A DNA stretch of 64,000 nt, taken from Acanthaster planci. Lineage: Eukaryota. Every line of letters begins with the position of its first letter. Position 1 is the first letter of the stretch. The stretch covers positions 1,101,452 to 1,165,451 of the forward strand of contig NW_019091361.1 in assembly GCF_001949145.1 (NCBI RefSeq), read 5' to 3'. The notes beneath the pieces are model-generated. The model saw nothing but the letters and a program-made list of their open reading frames with translations, made no database searches and was not told where the DNA came from. Positions 60,201-64,000 of this stretch are shown here, one piece after another. Made by a program: the position numbers and the translations under genes.

Positions 60201-60405
60201 GTCCAACACTCCTTTTTGAGCGTTACGCATCCAAAGGTCATCATGCAAAAGAGCGGTACTACGCATGCTCAGCATGTCGGGACAGGAAGGATTGCAGCTT
60301 CTTTCAGTCAGCCGATGAGAGGGTGTCGGAGACTAGGTCAAAGGTCAGAGAAGAGCATAACAGAGCACAACAGCCATGGAAAAGCCACGAGGACTTTTAC
60401 AAAAG
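60201..60405 (+). CDS. ZCCHC4: ZCCHC4 coding exon 2 (GRF-type zinc finger)
   Basis: Acceptor TGCAG|. Reads GPTLLFERY...RYYACSACRDRKDCSFFQ...REEHNRAQQPW, matching the ZCCHC4 signature YACSACRDRKDC. Donor AAAAG|GTACAT, phase 2. Confidence 0.95.
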
Positions 60406-61939
60406 GTACATGCATTTCCTTTCTGTAACCTGTCCTCAAAAAAGAAATGTGAAATATGACTAATGAACCTATGGACATTGTTATGTGCACAGATGCTAAC
60501 TTGTGTGATTTAGGTGTAGTTTTTACGATTTGTTTCGTCCATTTATGACTGTACGAGCCAGACTAAGATTTTTACAATTTCCAACTCGAAGGTACAAAAC
60601 CATACAGTTGTCTATAAACTGTACGTAAGCCAGCAGGGAGCCGGCCGGCCTCGTTAAGCGCGCATCAGAAATTTGTTGCTGACATCCCGCAGTGTGTGCA
60701 TACAAACTGCATGAGTAGCAGTAGAAACCAGCATTGTTGAATCATCCATTCATCCCAATTAACGCTATGACGAACAGGGGGCGAATAGGCTCGATTGCAC
60801 TTCATATGCAACATGATTGTGTACATCCATGCATGGTACATGTACCGATATCGTACACACGTGTGTCGAACGTCATGATCGTACTAAGGTTGACCAGATC
60901 GGAGTGGAGGACTGTCGAGGATTTGATTCTTGGATATTTGGTGGTCTGGATTTGTTTTGCACAGTGGCAACAAGTGAGCTGAAGATCAGGGACGAATACG
61001 CCACAAAAATGGACCTTTATTGCAAAGTCTTGTCGACAAATGTTGTCGTGGAGAAGCTTACGTGTTTTGCAACGCATGTAACTGTGACATGATAAATATT
61101 GCCCACAGTGGATCTTACGACACTGAGAAGCACGTTGGTTAGGGCCAAGAAAAAATAGCTCTGCCTGTGATTAAGTAGGGTAGGTAGGTAAGGATTTTTG
61201 GACAGTTTTTTTGTGCTGATTGAACAGGACAGAAAGTGCCCAAAATTGCTACAAAAGTGAAAACTTAGCAGAATTAATGTGGAAATATAATCAACTATTA
61301 ATTACATTTATTACAGTGTTAGTCAGGTAAATTACAAGTGTTTTGAAGTGAAAAGAAGTTGTTGACAGGTGTTTGTTTTGAAAGAAAAGACAACAGGATT
61401 TTTAAAAACTTTTTTCTAATTTGCCGATGAAAATTTGGGGGGTTGCGCCAAAAAATTGGGATTGGTCAGGGAACCGGAACTGGAAGTGTGATAGGATTAC
61501 ACTTTTTCATTTTGAAAAGTTGGCATCTCTGAGTTAGTATTGAGTTGTGACAGGCCAAAGGAGCATTTGATATTTGCCCATGATACAATGTAATATGAGT
61601 TCTACCTCATGAATTTGTTATTACATGTAGCTCCATAACATTTTCAATTAGGGATGAGATGAGGCCCAGGCAGGGAGCGTGACTTGGCTTGTATAGGGTC
61701 TGAAACCAGCACAGACGGTGGCTGACGTATGGCCCATGTGTCGTTTGAGAGTTGGCCTTGTTGGAGACTGTGATAAGACACAGTTTGGGAGCTTGAGATT
61801 TGGTCAAGGTGGGGACTAAGAGCCCAAAGGCAGGCTGTCCAACCAAACTGTGTTTGTGGGTTGTAGAAGAGGCACATACAGCTCGGTGTACTGAATGGGG
61901 AAAGCCTGGCCAAGATAAGATGGGAAGATGGATATTAGC

Positions 61940-62086
61940 AATAATTCAGAATCATTTGGACGCTAAGCAAACAAGCATATCCTTGGAATAATTCAGAATC
62001 ATTTGGACGCTAAGCAAACGAACATACAGTATCCTTAGAATAATTTAGAATCATTTGGACATTAAGCAAACAAACATATCCTTGGA
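61940..62086. repeat. About 47-bp tandem repeat, 3 copies, in ZCCHC4 intron 2
   Basis: AATAATT(C/T)AGAATCATTTGGAC(GC/AT)TAAGCAAAC...TATCCTT(G/A)G x3. Confidence 0.9.
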
Positions 62087-62301
62087 AACAAGAAGACTTG
62101 GTCACAGTTTCTTTATGTCGTTTATATTTCTCTCTGTGCCTTGATTTTAGTTGTCCAAATGGAACTTGAAAATTGGGCATGCCAACAAAAAACCTAAACT
62201 TTGCCCCTTCTAGCAGAATTCTCCAGTGCAGACAATTCACAGCAGGATAGCTTCATTAAGATCTTGTTCTATCCAGGGAGATGTGATTTTATTCCATTCA
62301 G

Positions 62302-62485
62302 GATGGAGGCCACAAAGGACTTGAAATGGAAGGACAGGAGGTTTTGTGTGGACTGCAGCTTGTTGCTCTACCCAAGGGAATTCAGGGAACACGCCAAGCA
62401 CACGGTGAAATCCAGCCTGACCGACGAGGAGCTCAGACAACCATCCCACCTGCTAGTTCCTCTAGAGAACAGTAAGACAAATGCG
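62302..62485 (+). CDS. ZCCHC4: ZCCHC4 coding exon 3 (C2H2 zinc finger)
   Basis: Acceptor ATTCAG|. Reads RFCVDCSLLL...EHAKH...LRQPSHLLVPLENSKTNA. Donor GCG|GTGAGT, phase 0. Confidence 0.93.
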
Positions 62486-62879
62486 GTGAGTATAAAGTTG
62501 GAGTCCAGAAATCTTCTGTGGATCCTTTGATCCTTTGATCCTGTGAGTGATCATGGGAGGGCATTCCTGGATTACAGCCAGTTACAGTGTCCCAGCCCAT
62601 CTGCCTCCTTGCCAGCTACTGGTACATGGGGGTATATACCCCCTATTTCCGGCACAAATTCATGCCACTGGCCATGTATCAAGTAGACACAAATGAGAAG
62701 TGGAACACACTCTACTGTGATAAGAATAGCGTAGTGTCTAGGGTAGATTCATTTTTTGAGGCATGTTTCCATGTTTTGGAAACGCTTCAGCAGGCAGGAA
62801 CTGTTTTTTGGGAGGACATGTTGTTTGTAGTGTGTTCCTCATTGCCCTATTGTTTTATATTACTCTGTTTCTTTTTTAA

Positions 62880-63270
62880 CCCTACCCCCCAGGTCCTTTT
62901 ATTAAGAACCATCCTGAATCCTCCGAAATCTTCCAATTTTCAACATAAGAAAATTGCATTCAGCCCAAATCCGCTAAAATCCTCCAAAACTTCTTGAAAA
63001 TGTCATTTGGAAGTGTGCCTAACTGCCCGAATCCTTCAAAATCCTCTGGCAATTCCTGTGCGAATGGCACTCTTGAGCTGTGCGGTTGATTCAAAAGAAA
63101 TGTCGGGCTGAAATTGTGCTTGACTAAGCAGAAACAACATAAGGTCTAATCCACGATCTTCACGTATGGCATCCTTCAGAATCAGCCATGCACTTTTGCC
63201 ATACATCCTGAATCCTCCAAATTCCTCCACTTTGCAGAAAAGGATTTTGGAGGGTATTGGAGGGTTAGGG
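62880..63270. mobile_element. Possible piggyBac-like MITE in ZCCHC4 intron 3
   Basis: TTAA|CCCTAC...TTAGGG|TTAG ends with internal AATCCTCC / GGATTTTGGAGG subrepeats. Confidence 0.4.
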
Positions 63271-63526
63271 TTAGTTATAGGTTTTGCCCTTACCCAGCGT
63301 ATATGTTTTTATAAATACTGTATACTCGGTAATATTCATCGACCAATCATATATGTCACTTAAGGGCCAAAACTGTAATTAAAATCCTCGATGCAAAATA
63401 CAGGTACATGTGCATCTTGAAACTCCGGTTCTTGTTGCGTCACCATCTTGACCCTGGTTAGATTTGTGCTGTGCACCCCCTACCCAATTTGTTCGTTAAC
63501 AATACCGGATACATTTTGTCTTTCAG

Positions 63527-63618
63527 CAATATCTGTTTTCACAGGAGGCTACCGAATTCCTGGTGTCGAGTGTCAAGGAGTTAGGCTTTGACCGAGTTCT
63601 GTGTGTGGGAGTGCCGAG
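63527..63618 (+). CDS. ZCCHC4: ZCCHC4 coding exon 4 (start of methyltransferase domain); gene continues beyond window
   Basis: Acceptor CTTTCAG|. Reads QYLFSQEATEFLVSSVKELGFDRVLCVGVP(R), matching the ZCCHC4 AQYLF...GF..VLCVG.PR block. Donor GAG|GTATTA. Confidence 0.93.
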
Positions 63619-64000
63619 GTATTAAAATGTGATATCTTTGAATGTTTACAATTTCATCAAACTGTAGAGTGATCTTAGCATTTAGAAGACATGTCTGAGG
63701 TGGCCAAATCCATGTTCCTACTAGAGAAATGCGCGTGCCTGTATGCACCTCACATGTATGGCTTATGCCTCAGCACAAACCACTTCAGCATTGTCTGCTA
63801 AATGTAGCTGCCTTTAAGTAAGTTCACAGCTTTCCAATCAGAATGTAATGAATTGAAAAAGTCCAGCAGGTGGTTTCGTCAGAAGTGGTTCCACTTTGCC
63901 ACAATAAAAAACATAAATGTTGCCTGTGCAAACTCTTTAAGCAAACCCATATTAAGGAAAGTGCAAAAATGTAGTGTACAATTTTATCCTCACATCAGTT

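Noticed and set aside
60119..60463. Stand-alone 114-aa ORF (likewise 62201..62530)
   Set aside because: Only the internal parts are ZCCHC4 exons. The flanks are intron read-through.
61940..62086. Possible CRISPR-like repeat
   Set aside because: Whole units are repeated with no unique spacers, there are no cas genes, and it is intronic.
1..64000. tRNA or rRNA genes, operons, or prokaryotic defence systems
   Set aside because: None recognised by eye, and the window is spliced eukaryotic DNA. tRNAscan-SE or Infernal would be needed to exclude small ncRNAs formally.

Overview
This is eukaryotic (metazoan) genomic DNA, not a prokaryotic locus. Spliced genes with GT..AG introns sit in long AT-rich, transposon-rich intergenic DNA. 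Gene and repeat style suggest an invertebrate deuterostome such as an echinoderm (inference). Four protein-coding genes are supported. (1) A complete 3-exon clan-2 cytochrome P450 on the minus strand (4267->800, 491 aa). (2) An intronless-CDS class A GPCR of the vasopressin/oxytocin/GnRH branch that most resembles orphan GPR150 (32336-33361). (3) An intronless-CDS PAPS-sulfotransferase-like protein (53849->52950). (4) The first four coding exons of the 28S rRNA m6A methyltransferase ZCCHC4 (57677 onward, running off the window), divergent from the sulfotransferase-like gene. Most other ORFs in the track are spurious. The non-coding DNA holds many MITEs (hAT-type with 8-bp TSDs, PIF/Harbinger-, Tc1- and CACTG-type, two nested insertions whose empty sites can be rebuilt from the window). 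It also holds tiny P-superfamily-like remnants with 7-bp TSDs, decayed Penelope and L1/Tx1 reverse-transcriptase fossils, and a near-perfect 96-bp inverted repeat enclosing a Penelope-type hammerhead-ribozyme-like core. TAGGCCTA and TACATGTA 8-mers are strongly over-represented. Family assignments come from motif recognition by eye; no database search was run.
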